This document shows positions 43,338-53,700 of a stretch of 64,000 bases of DNA, piece after piece. The stretch comes from an uncultured Methanosarcinales archaeon (GTDB lineage Archaea > Halobacteriota > Methanosarcinia > Methanotrichales > Methanotrichaceae). Made by a program: the position numbers and the translations under genes. The stretch covers positions 96,001 to 160,000 of the forward strand of contig CAWJKV010000014.1 in NCBI GenBank assembly GCA_963843555.1, written 5' to 3'. Each line of letters begins with the position of its first letter. The stretch's first letter is position 1. A model generated the notes under the pieces. The model was not told the DNA's origin and ran no database searches. It worked only from the letters and a program-made list of their open reading frames with translations.

Positions 43338-45183
43338 CTAACCTACCGTCACCACATTGCTCTGGCCTAGGAGCTGGTAAGCCCCTTGACCTTCACTTGT
43401 GATGTCAGAGCGGAACATCCTGAAGTCGTACCGCCCCGGCTCCGTGGGAAGCTGCCAGGTCATTCTGCCGCAGTTCTCGCTGCCAACCGACCTCTTCCCC
43501 ACAGGGAACTTGTCAGGTCTGTTTACCCCGTACATGCCGATGATACCCGTTCCTTCCGGAGGTGCTCCCCAGTAGGTTACGGTGACTGTACCTCCGGGCG
43601 CAACATGAGATGGTGAGGCTATGACTTTGTTGCCCTTCATGATTTTGACTTCCACACTGTTGCTGGTGGCCAGCCGGGTGTAACTATCGTTCTCGAAAAA
43701 CCTGAATTCATAGCTTCCAGGATCGGAAGCCTCCAGGGTCACGTGTGCCGTTCTCTTTTCCATCCAGATACTGACGGCTGGTGTAACTGTCGTCGGACGA
43801 TCCGGATTTGTACATGGCTATCCAGTCGTTCTCATAACCTGGGGCTCCTTTGTAGCTGACGGTGATCAGCTCACAGGTGTTCACCAGGGTCGGAGTTGCA
43901 TTGATGGTTGGAATGCGAACGCTGAAATTAAGAGAGACCATCTCCTCGCCACTGGTGGTATTGTACATGCGAAGATCAAAAAGCCCCTCATCGGCCGGAG
44001 CCTTTAGCATCAGCATGCCTGATGAGCCTGCCAGGTTCTGGCGGGACAGAGCCATATCCGGGCTGGCTTTGCCTCTGGGCTGATCAGTCTTCATCACTCC
44101 CACCCAGCCAGAGAAATTCTCTGGAGCGGCATACAACACATTGACGTCATGCCCGGGCAGGTAGGTTTTCTGGTCCATCTTCAGCTCTGAGCCCACCAAA
44201 CCACGGGACTTGTAACTGAGTATGGCGTCAGGAGAAGCTTTCGGCATCTCGGTCCACGTTGCGTCCGCCCGGAATGCTGTAACCAGAGTCGCAGATCCCG
44301 TCTCTGTTGCGATCATTGCAGCCCTGCTCACGGGCATCGTAGTCGCCGAAGTGGTTGCCTATCATATCGTTGTCCCACTGGTTGTAGCCATCGTCGAAGG
44401 CATTCTGAATGTTGTCCTGCAGGTTGTTCTGATAGAGAAGGTTGGCACCTGCTGATGATGAGTTCGTGCTATTCTGTCCAATGTTGTAAGGGGTCGACTG
44501 CTTGCCAGAGACGTACGCTATGGATACTCCCTTTCCCTTGCCTTTGCCTTTTGCTGTGATGCTCTCGCTTAAGTTGATGTTCGAGATGTTTATGCCCATC
44601 TTGTTCCGGGTCAGGTCGTTGGCATTGATTGTATTGCCTCGGGAGGTTACGACGGAGATACCATCCCAGTTCATGCTGGCATTGTTGCTCCCAGATCTGG
44701 TTGTCGTTGGCGTGAACCAGCAGGATTCCGCCTTTTTTGTTTTCTGTCACGATATTTGAAAAGACATTGTTTTTGTCGACGTAGTAAAGGATAATTCCGT
44801 AGTTATCATTTTCGACGGCTGTATTGTCTTTGATTGTATTTCCGTCGGAGAGCACCTTTATGCCGGCATCATTCGCATCTTTGCCAGAACCCAGTAGCCG
44901 TAAATCCCAACAGAGTTGAACCGTTGGCCGAGATGGTTATAGCGCTTCCCTTGCCGCCGGCGTCAATAATTGGATTGCCCATGCCTATGAGGGTGAGCGG
45001 TTTGGTTACATTGACGCTCTCGTGATAGGTGCCGTTTTGCACCTCAACGATTTGGCCTGGATTAGCGGCGTTTATGAACGACTGGATACTTTGTCCCGGT
45101 TTGACATAGTATGTAGTAGCATTTGCTAAACCAGAGAGCATCACTACGATAATCGCTAGAATTACCACAGTGGATTTACTCAT
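43338..45183 (-). CDS. Secreted NosD/CASH beta-helix protein with C-terminal Ig-like domains (about four frameshifts)
   Basis: SIQ..INAA.PG..V.V..GTY.ESVNV.KPLTL.G; N..GI repeats; NQWD...IGN...DY; DWIAMY..G Ig units. Confidence 0.75.
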
Positions 45184-45372
45184 CCTGGGGCTCAACCCTT
45201 TCTGCATGTTCACTGGATGGCTCAAGCAGTATAAGATGGTGATCGTTAATGAAAATGCATTATTTCCTACCAAAGCTGCTCCAGAGTTTCTCCGGCTTTT
45301 TCGGAAGCTTTTGGTAGTTTAAGGCATAGTTCAGATATATTGATTGCAGCATTGAATCTGTCAGGAATTCTG

Positions 45373-46861
45373 TCAAGTCACGCCCTTGCACAGCTCCCCG
45401 CCGCTCTCCAGATCCTCCCGGAAGAGATCCTTCTTCTTTCGCAGGCCCAGGCGCAGGGCAAGCTTACGTTTGGCATAAAATGGAGCCAGCCGCAGCGTCT
45501 CCAGGATGAACCATTTTGGATAGAGGTGCTTAACTTTATTGTACCTGAACCAATCGAGATCATAGTAGCGGGCGTTCATCTGCCAGGTGATATACTGCAC
45601 TTCTTCATCGCTTAAGTGCTTGGTTCTTAAATTGGCATGCAGACCATCGTACTTGGTGAAGTCGTTATTGGTAACAAGGCCCATCTCCTCCAGCTCGGCG
45701 CGCATCTGGGTCTTGGGATAGGGAGTGGAGATGTAGAAGATTGGCACGTCCACCCTCAGCCGTCGCGCAAGCTTGAAGTTCTCCCACATGTCCTCTTCAT
45801 CGTCATCCGGATTGCCGCCGATGAGGCCTGTGGAGACTATGATATTATTGTCATGAAGATATGAGACGGCAGTCTCAGCATCATTGGACATCTTGCCCTT
45901 GCCCAGGAATTCCAGGTTCCTCTTGTTCACGCTTTCCACACCGAGGAAGACACCGTCAAATCCCGCTTCGCCCATTTTGTCTACCAGCTGCCTGCTCGAT
46001 GCTATTCCCGAGGCGGAGGCCTGCGTCTTGTAGCGCAAGTGGGTTAGCCCGGCATCGATGATGGCCTGGCAGAGCCTCTCCAGCCGCTTGGGATCTAAGG
46101 TGATGTTGTCGTCCGGGAAGAAGATGGAGCCTGCCCCGTGTTCCTCTGCATCACTGAATATCGGCGATAACGCGATCGATCGAAAACTTGCGGAACCTGC
46201 GGCCGTACATGAGATTTATGCTGCAGAACTTGCAGCCCTGGGTGCATCCCCGGCTGGTCTCCACCGAGTCGATGGGAATGCCGAGGCTGTTGAAACCTCG
46301 GGTGAGCAGCCGAGCGTCGCGGTTGGGCATCTTGATATCTTCCACATTGAGCAGCGGTCGCGCCGGATTGTGAACCATCTTCTCCCCTTCGTGATAGGAG
46401 AGCCCCAGGATCTCCTCCGGACTCCTGCCTGCCGTCAAGGCCAGGGCAAGCTCCCGGAAGGTGGCCTCGCCCTCGCCCCGCACAATGTAGTCGATGAACG
46501 CCGCATCCGGGCTTTCGGCGATTTCTTCTGCGGCCAGAGTAGGATGATAGCCTCCAAAGACCGTCTGGGCTCCTGCATGCTTGGCTATTCTGGCCAGGGC
46601 TAAGGCCTCTTGATACTGGAAGCTCATCGCAGTTATGCCCACCAGATCGTAATCGTTGACCTTCTTCTCTACATATTCTCTGTGGTTCTTCAATCCATGG
46701 ATATCGGCCACGTGAACAGTGCACAGGTCATCCACATGGGCCGCCAGTGACGCCAGACCCAAATTGGGCAGGCGGGCTATGCGGTCAAAGTCGGGCTGCA
46801 CTACAGGAGAGGAAAGCAATAGAATCTTCATCATTCCTGATCCCGCAATCCTAGCTGTCAT
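45373..46861 (-). CDS. B12-binding radical SAM enzyme (class B methylase/HpnR-BchE-like), one frameshift near 46150; likely start 46834
   Basis: PNLGLASLAA, VGITAMS, VFGGYHPT, VRGEGE, RGCTQGCKFC, VFLGVES, TPYPKT. Confidence 0.9.
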
Positions 46862-48221
46862 TCACTTTGAGCAATCTTGGACCCTCTTTCCAGTCGAACT
46901 TGTTTGCCCTGGAGATGTAGGCCGCTACCTCTTTCACTCCCGCCAGGCCGCCAAAGTGGTAGGCATTGGACCAGACACGCGCCGAGGTGCGCAGGGGTGC
47001 ATGCCAGGGATGGACCTGTTTGAATGACCAGTCCAGAATATCCAGCATCTCATCCGGCTTGATATGGGGATGATTCCAGACCAGATGCTTTCCATCATGG
47101 TGATGATAGTCCTGGTCGAAGATGCCGTATTTCTCCTGGATCTCCGTCCACATAGGCGTCTGGGGCAGGGGAGTTATGACGCATATCTGAGTTATATCCA
47201 GTTTAAGCGCCGCCAGCTTCTTTATGTCCACGCGGAGCGATTCCTTTGTATCCTCTTCGAAGCCGACCATGTAGTAGCCAACCGTCCCCAGGCTCCGCGC
47301 TTGCAGCATGCGCAGCGTCTCTAAAATGTCTTCCGTCCCTTCTTTTTTCTTCATGTCGTCCAGGCGCTCTTGATGCAGGTTCTCTATGCCGATGGCAGCT
47401 CCCCCAAAGCCCGCGACTCTTTTTCTATCTTGCTCTCTCATATCTGCCCAATCGTCGATCTTGGTGCGCAGATAATCGGCACGGGCCATGCATCCCCAGA
47501 CCATCTGGTACTTGTCCAGGAGCTCCACAACCGCATCCGCATGGCGGCGGTTGCAGCCGAAGTTCTCATCCTCGATTAGAACCACGTTTATGCCATTCTC
47601 TTTATAGTAGGCCAAAACCCGTTCGATGCTTTTCAATGAGATTATGTTGGGCTTATTGCAGAAGACCGGGGTCTGACAGAACTTGCAGCCCACAGGGCAT
47701 CCGCGAGTGGTAAACAATACTCCGTAAATGTTCAGCTTGACATGGAATGGTGTATTGAGATATTCAATAAGCGGAGGGTGAATTATATCTTTTATCTGGC
47801 GACCGAAGTAGGGCGCCAGTTGATGCTCTGAGTATCCCACAAAGACCCTGTCAAATCTGTCCTGCACCGCTGTTGTCAAGGCGCCGTAGTTTCCTGCCCA
47901 AACCTCCTTCGTTCCAGCATTGCGTGCCGCCTCGACCATCTCCACAGCTTCGTGAGTCTCGCTCAGGTAAAAGGAGAGGCCCACCACATCCCAGCCCTCT
48001 TGCAGCTTCTTTTTGTACTCATCCCATGTGGGAAACTCCAGGATCTCAAGCTCTGGAATGTTCTGCTTCAGGAATCTCAGGCCGAAGGATTGGATGCGTG
48101 GCCAGTAGAATCGGAACCACGACCTTGTATTGGCTCCTATATAATCGTAAGGCTCAGAGCCTTTTCTGTAAACGGTTGTGAAGAGAACCCTGGGAGTCAT
48201 AAACGCCCTCTCCTGTACCAT
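46851..48221 (-). CDS. Radical SAM enzyme with a divergent B12-binding-like N-domain
   Basis: WDVVGLSFY, RGCPVGCKFC, IEDENF, IGIEN, TPLPQT. Confidence 0.9.
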   Translation of the reverse strand: MVQERAFMTPRVLFTTVYRKGSEPYDYIGANTRSWFRFYWPRIQSFGLRFLKQNIPELEILEFPTWDEYKKKLQEGWDVVGLSFYLSETHEAVEMVEAARNAGTKEVWAGNYGALTTAVQDRFDRVFVGYSEHQLAPYFGRQIKDIIHPPLIEYLNTPFHVKLNIYGVLFTTRGCPVGCKFCQTPVFCNKPNIISLKSIERVLAYYKENGINVVLIEDENFGCNRRHADAVVELLDKYQMVWGCMARADYLRTKIDDWADMREQDRKRVAGFGGAAIGIENLHQERLDDMKKKEGTEDILETLRMLQARSLGTVGYYMVGFEEDTKESLRVDIKKLAALKLDITQICVITPLPQTPMWTEIQEKYGIFDQDYHHHDGKHLVWNHPHIKPDEMLDILDWSFKQVHPWHAPLRTSARVWSNAYHFGGLAGVKEVAAYISRANKFDWKEGPRLLKVNDS

Positions 48222-48241
48222 GGAAGATTAAGCTTACGACC

Positions 48242-48550
48242 TCAAACGTATCCGTCCGGGCCGCAGTATTTACTTTCCATCTCCATTTTCTCTGCCCTAT
48301 CTTTTTCCATCGCTTCCATCTCTTTTTGCACTACATTGAAGACTTCCGACACTCCGGCATATTTTCCTGCAAACCATCCGCAGGCGAAGACCTCTGCCTT
48401 ATCTTTATCGATACCAAACTCCTCTATAAGCTCTACAATCCACTGGCCGGGAGTCTCGGACTCGGAGAATGATGCGCTGACCTTCTGAGCGACTTCATCA
48501 GCGCGTTCCTTGGTTATTCCCAGCAGCTCGTAGAGGGTCACATTCGACAT
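48242..48550 (-). CDS. Hypothetical protein (MSNVTLYELLGIT...)
   Basis: Co-oriented and tightly packed between DUF2240 and the radical SAM pair. Confidence 0.65.
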   Translation of the reverse strand: MSNVTLYELLGITKERADEVAQKVSASFSESETPGQWIVELIEEFGIDKDKAEVFACGWFAGKYAGVSEVFNVVQKEMEAMEKDRAEKMEMESKYCGPDGYV

Positions 48551-48563
48551 ACCAAAATACCTT

Positions 48564-49076
48564 TCACCAATTTTCAGGCGCTCTTGTCTTCTTAGTCCGG
48601 GCCAGAAGATTATCATAGGCTTTTGCTGCCAGGTCATTCACATCGATGCCCATCTCTCGCGCCACCAGAAGGACCACGGCATCCAGCTCTACCAGCTTTT
48701 TCAGTGAATCCTGTTTAACATTTGCCATCGCTATGACCTCTTTTCTGCTCATGCCCGTCTGGGAGGTGATGAGCCTTATTCCCTGGTCCAGTATGCCTTC
48801 TTCGGTCGTGGGTTTGAAACCCAGCGGCACATCAACTGCCTCGGCATCGAATATGGCAGAAACGCTCTCCCCTTCCATCCTGACCATACCTTCGGCTTCT
48901 GCCTCCCTCAAGAGAGCACGCACTTTTTCCGGAGAACCCCATTTCAGATCCAGGGATAGGGCAAAGATAAAGTCGCTGATCTTCAGGCTCTTCTTGCCAC
49001 GCTTCTTGAAAGGCGTGGCCACCAGAAAGGCTTTCTCGCGGTCCAAGGAAACACCTGAGAGGGAAGTCTGGTACAT
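48564..49076 (-). CDS. DUF2240 family protein
   Basis: VATPFK..G...L..SDFIFALSLDLKW.SP and VDVPLGFKP patterns of this euryarchaeal family. Confidence 0.8.
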   Translation of the reverse strand: MYQTSLSGVSLDREKAFLVATPFKKRGKKSLKISDFIFALSLDLKWGSPEKVRALLREAEAEGMVRMEGESVSAIFDAEAVDVPLGFKPTTEEGILDQGIRLITSQTGMSRKEVIAMANVKQDSLKKLVELDAVVLLVAREMGIDVNDLAAKAYDNLLARTKKTRAPENW

Positions 49077-49201
49077 AACAGATATAAACTAGCCTGTTAA
49101 AGAGTGCCCATATCTATCATTGCCAGCGGAAAGGATTTAAGCGTGGGAAAATAAGTGGATACTAACTGTACAAAAATCCGGCGCATGCCATGTGGTGTTA
49201 G

Positions 49202-50782
49202 ATGAGGTTCATATACCCGATTGTTATTCTATTCCTGCTGATCAACGCCAGCAATGCTCAGCTGGAACCAGACAAGGAAAGGTTTGACGTTGTGCTCCAT
49301 CCCGGCGACCTGGAGGAGAGGACGCTAGAAGTGACCAATGGCGGAGATTCACCTATCATTGAGATCACAAAAACTCAGGTAAGTGGTACTGCCAGAGAAT
49401 TTGTCTTTCCGGATGTGCCAGAAGGAAAGCCGCTCATGCCTCAGGATAAAGCAGAGATAAAAATCTACTTTGCCATACCTCCTGAGACCAAGCCAGGATC
49501 TTACACCGGATTTATATATTTGTTGGAAAGTGCTCCCCCTTCGCTGCCTCTGAGGATAGACTTCGACCTTGATGTCATTGGGCAGGAGAGCTACGGCATT
49601 GACATGACCATTGAAGATGCCAAGTCCGCCTCGCTTTATGCAAAAGCCGAGGAAATTGCTCAATTCGATATAGCCGTCAAAAACCTGGGTACATTCAGAG
49701 ATGTGGCATCGATCGATTCAGGACCACTGCCTGATGGCTGGAGCGTCATATTGAAGGACGGAGAAAAGACGCTTTCACTGCCCTACGATCTGCCTTTAGA
49801 CCCCGGCACAACCCATAACATGAAACTGCAGATGGAGACATTCAAGCCAGGCAAGAAAGGCAATCTGATGGTAACGGCAACATCTCTGGGCAATCGGTCT
49901 GAGAATTCCTCCATCGAAGCCGATGTCGAGTTCGGGATAGCGGTCAGGGGCTACAACACCGATATTGAGATCCCTGAGAAGATGGTAGCCAACAAGAGCT
50001 ACGAAGGCTCCTTCAGCCTCATACTTGATGTTAGAGAGAATGTAATGGTCTCGATAGCCTCGCCTCCGGAGCTGATGGTAATCCCGCTGGAGCAGATGGT
50101 AGAGGTGACTCCGAAAGATCCGGGAGTTGCCAACTTCACCCTACTTGGGTCGCTAAGCGGCGAATATCCACTCCTCTTCAAGCTTACGGATTCCCACGGC
50201 ATCCCCATGCCGGAGGAGACCACCACCATAAAAGTTGTCATGCCCCAAGGGATGGCTGTGCTGACGGGTCAGGACTTCCTCTACAGCACAGTAGCCTCCT
50301 TAGGCATTTCCGGAAATAAAACTCTGAATATTATTACGATGCCACCGGGCAAAACCAGTAAAGAATACCAGGAGAGACTGCAAGAATATTCCACGGTTTT
50401 AATCCTGGGCAACCAATCAATTGTATCCGATGATGTCGAAAAGGTTCTGGACAGTATCGAAGTCAAACGTATCGATGGAGATAGCCTTTTCGAAGAGTGC
50501 TGGCTCTTTGCAAAAGAGATTTGGCAGAATGGAACAGCCGAAGTGGTCTTAACCAGCTCCAGACCTGCCGATGTCTTCAGAGCCTACCAGGTAGCTAAAA
50601 CGGACGGTATGCCAATGATAGTTTGCGAGGGCAGTGTAACCGAGGCTTCCAATGGCGCCATAAAGGAAATGACCAAACGTAATTCTACGCTCTCCAAGGC
50701 TTTGACCGTGGGCAAGATTGGAGAGGAGTATACAAAAGCACTGCAAGATGCAGGCGTCTCGATAGAAGAGGTGACCACGTGA
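49202..50782 (+). CDS. Secreted multi-Ig protein with a C-terminal cell-wall-binding-2 (CWB2)-like region
   Basis: Signal peptide; Ig/NEW3-like units (V.N.G, LP.GWS); VLILGNQSIVS..VE..L....VKRIDG.S..E pattern. Confidence 0.75.
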   Translation: MRFIYPIVILFLLINASNAQLEPDKERFDVVLHPGDLEERTLEVTNGGDSPIIEITKTQVSGTAREFVFPDVPEGKPLMPQDKAEIKIYFAIPPETKPGSYTGFIYLLESAPPSLPLRIDFDLDVIGQESYGIDMTIEDAKSASLYAKAEEIAQFDIAVKNLGTFRDVASIDSGPLPDGWSVILKDGEKTLSLPYDLPLDPGTTHNMKLQMETFKPGKKGNLMVTATSLGNRSENSSIEADVEFGIAVRGYNTDIEIPEKMVANKSYEGSFSLILDVRENVMVSIASPPELMVIPLEQMVEVTPKDPGVANFTLLGSLSGEYPLLFKLTDSHGIPMPEETTTIKVVMPQGMAVLTGQDFLYSTVASLGISGNKTLNIITMPPGKTSKEYQERLQEYSTVLILGNQSIVSDDVEKVLDSIEVKRIDGDSLFEECWLFAKEIWQNGTAEVVLTSSRPADVFRAYQVAKTDGMPMIVCEGSVTEASNGAIKEMTKRNSTLSKALTVGKIGEEYTKALQDAGVSIEEVTT

Positions 50783-53700
50783 AGCTGCTCCCTATCTTTT
50801 TATTCATGGCAATTATGTCCAGTACTCTGCTTTCTGCAGCAGAGAATGCACCCCTGGCAAGAGGGGTAAAAGGCGAAGTAGAGGATGTGATCCTGGTTGG
50901 CGCAGACGACTGGCACGCATCTGTTGCCGCTACGCCACTGGCAATCTGGTCTGAGGATAATCAAACCAGAATTATGCCTATGCTGATCCTTCCTAAATTG
51001 GTCCAGGCCGGAGATAGAAACGGCTGGGTCGAAGAGCAGGATCTGATAAGGTATGGGGAAGCGGCAATCTTGGATACATTCAAGGCAGCAAACATCACCG
51101 CCTTAGTAATCCACGGATCTGGAGATCAGGTAAAAGCCATGGTCGAATCGGCTCACAAAGATGGTCTTAAGGTCTATATCACGGCAACTCTAGAGATCCC
51201 TGTTGTTTCTAAAACTGTTGCAGGAGAGATGGGCGCAGTGTCCGAGGCCGAGAAAACACTCATGACCGAAGCTGGCCTGACGAACTATTTACCAGATGAT
51301 TCCAGGATCGATCGAAGCTGGCTGCAAATGCCAAATCCAGATATCGGTGGCAATGCCAGCTATTTTTGTCCTGTGAATCCGGAGGTGAGAGATAGTCTTT
51401 ACAGCCAGATCGAGACGCTGATTGATGATTATAAGGCCGACGGCGTTGTCCTCTATAGATTTGGCTTCCAGGATGAGAATTACTGCTTTTGCGACGTCTG
51501 CAAGGAGAAGTTCTATCAGGACACTGGGATAGATATCACTAAGGTCAATGCCAACAGCTACAATCAGGAAAGATGGAACCAGTGGAAGCAGGATCAGCTC
51601 ATGCAGATTGTTGAATATGCACGAAATATCACCTCTGATTTGGGTCCTGTGAAGCTGGGTGTGGCTTTGGACAACCCCTTCGATCGCAGCCAGGGCTACA
51701 ATTTTGCCGAGATTTCTAAGGTTACTGACTTTTCATTGATCTCTCCCCTCCCTGCTCAGGATGTGAGCCAGGCATGCAGCCTGAGCGAGAAGCCAGTCTA
51801 TGTCAGGTTGAGCGATGACTATGTGGGCTACGTTCTCTCTACCCAAAACGTTGAGGGCGCTATACGGTATATCGAGGATCTCACCAAAGCCGGAGCCGCT
51901 GGGGTTGCTTTCGAGTATAATGTCGTTCATACACCTTTCTGGTCGGAGATCGAACCGCCATCATCGGCAGCGCGGTGGTTATTGCAGCAGGTAGGCGGAA
52001 CGACTCTGGCAGTAGGAAATGTCTCCTGGATGAGCGACTCGAAGATAAGAGCCAACAATAGCTTTGAGCTGGCTGAAAAGATAAGCCGGTACTGGAAGAG
52101 TTCACCAGGAGCCGTAATCGTAGGAGAGAACTACAGTGCGGCACTCTCGGCCGCACCAATTGCATCTTACCTGAATTGGCCAGTGCTATTTGTAGATGGA
52201 GTTCTGCCAGAAGAGACACTCAATGCATTATTGCGCCTGGGGGCCAAAGATGTAGTGACAGTGGGCCCGATCTCAAATGCTATACGGCAGAACTTGAGCC
52301 AGATGAATATTACCCTCCACGACGGAAATAGCGAATTCCTGCTCGAGCAGATGAATGAACGGGGCGAGAGCCCAACCATGGTAGTCTTGACCAACTCCCA
52401 CGATCTCTCGCTTCAGCCACCGGTGCCAAATCCGGTTGTAGAACGAACACTCATCGATGATCTCCTGGTAAGAACCGAGATAAGCCCCAGCCAAATACCC
52501 AGCGAGGAGCTGGGAGAGATCGTCAGGCTCAACATAACCCTGAGCAATGCCGGCAAAGATACGCTGAAAGGCGTGCGACTGCTGGACATCTTCCCCATGG
52601 GCAGGTTCATAAAAATGCCTCGGCAGAGCTTAGGGGAAGTGAATGTTACCGATCCCTATAGCGGGCAGCCGTCAGTTGCCACCAGCGCTTTCCTAAACGG
52701 ATCTTTGCTGCGGTGGAACATCGACAAACTTGCGCCGGGCAAGTCAGCCAGCCTGGTTGCAGAAGTGGAACTCCTGTACCCCATGGACTCAGGCTGGAAA
52801 CAGCGCCTTGACACAGGGGCCACAGCAGCTTATGAGGGATTCTCCTACAACCATACTCTGGAGAACGTGGACGACTCGCCGGTAGTCAACCTGACCTACC
52901 CCACCTGGATCTACTCGGGGAGAACGAACATCTCCTGGAACCTTGACAGGGATTCCAGTTACACCGCTCTCAATCTCTACAATCCTGACCAGCGAAATGC
53001 CCAAATCAGGATCACGGATATTGTGCCGGAAAAGCTTTATGAATTACGGGTGCAGCTTCTGACGCCCGGGAAGTGGATTTTCAATATCGAGACTGATAGC
53101 GATATAACAAAGAACTATACGATCGACGTTCGATCCAATATTGGGGTCGTTAATGTCACTGCATTCAGCCACACCAAAGTTCCCAGGCTCTCATTGGTGG
53201 CGGCTCAGGCGGCATCTGCTCGTAAGGCCATTCTGGTGGATGTGGCCCGGGACCCGCAGCAGATTGATCCCGTGAACGAGGAGCAGATATTATTGCAGAA
53301 GGTCGAGGATCTCAAGCTCAGTCCCCAATATCTGATGGTTGTGGGCGATACAGGATCACTGCCCTTCATCCCCACTGGCCTCATACAGGAGCTATCGCCT
53401 GTAGAGGAGTATGAGGTCTACAGGGATTATCAATTGAATCTAAATGATGAGAATTACAGCACAGTGGCCGTGGGCCGAATCATGGGGCTTTCCGTCTACG
53501 ATGCGTCTCAGCTCATGGCACGCACCCTCGCCTATGACCGGTTAGCTGGCGCCTGGAAGAAAAATGGATTGGTCGTATCTTCGCCGCCCCTCTCCTTTCC
53601 GCAGGCTCCTATTGGCATAAGCATACGAGAATATCTGCAGGAGGCAGGAGTCCTTGTAAAAGATCTGCGCTATGAGGAGGCCACTTATCAACAGGTCACC

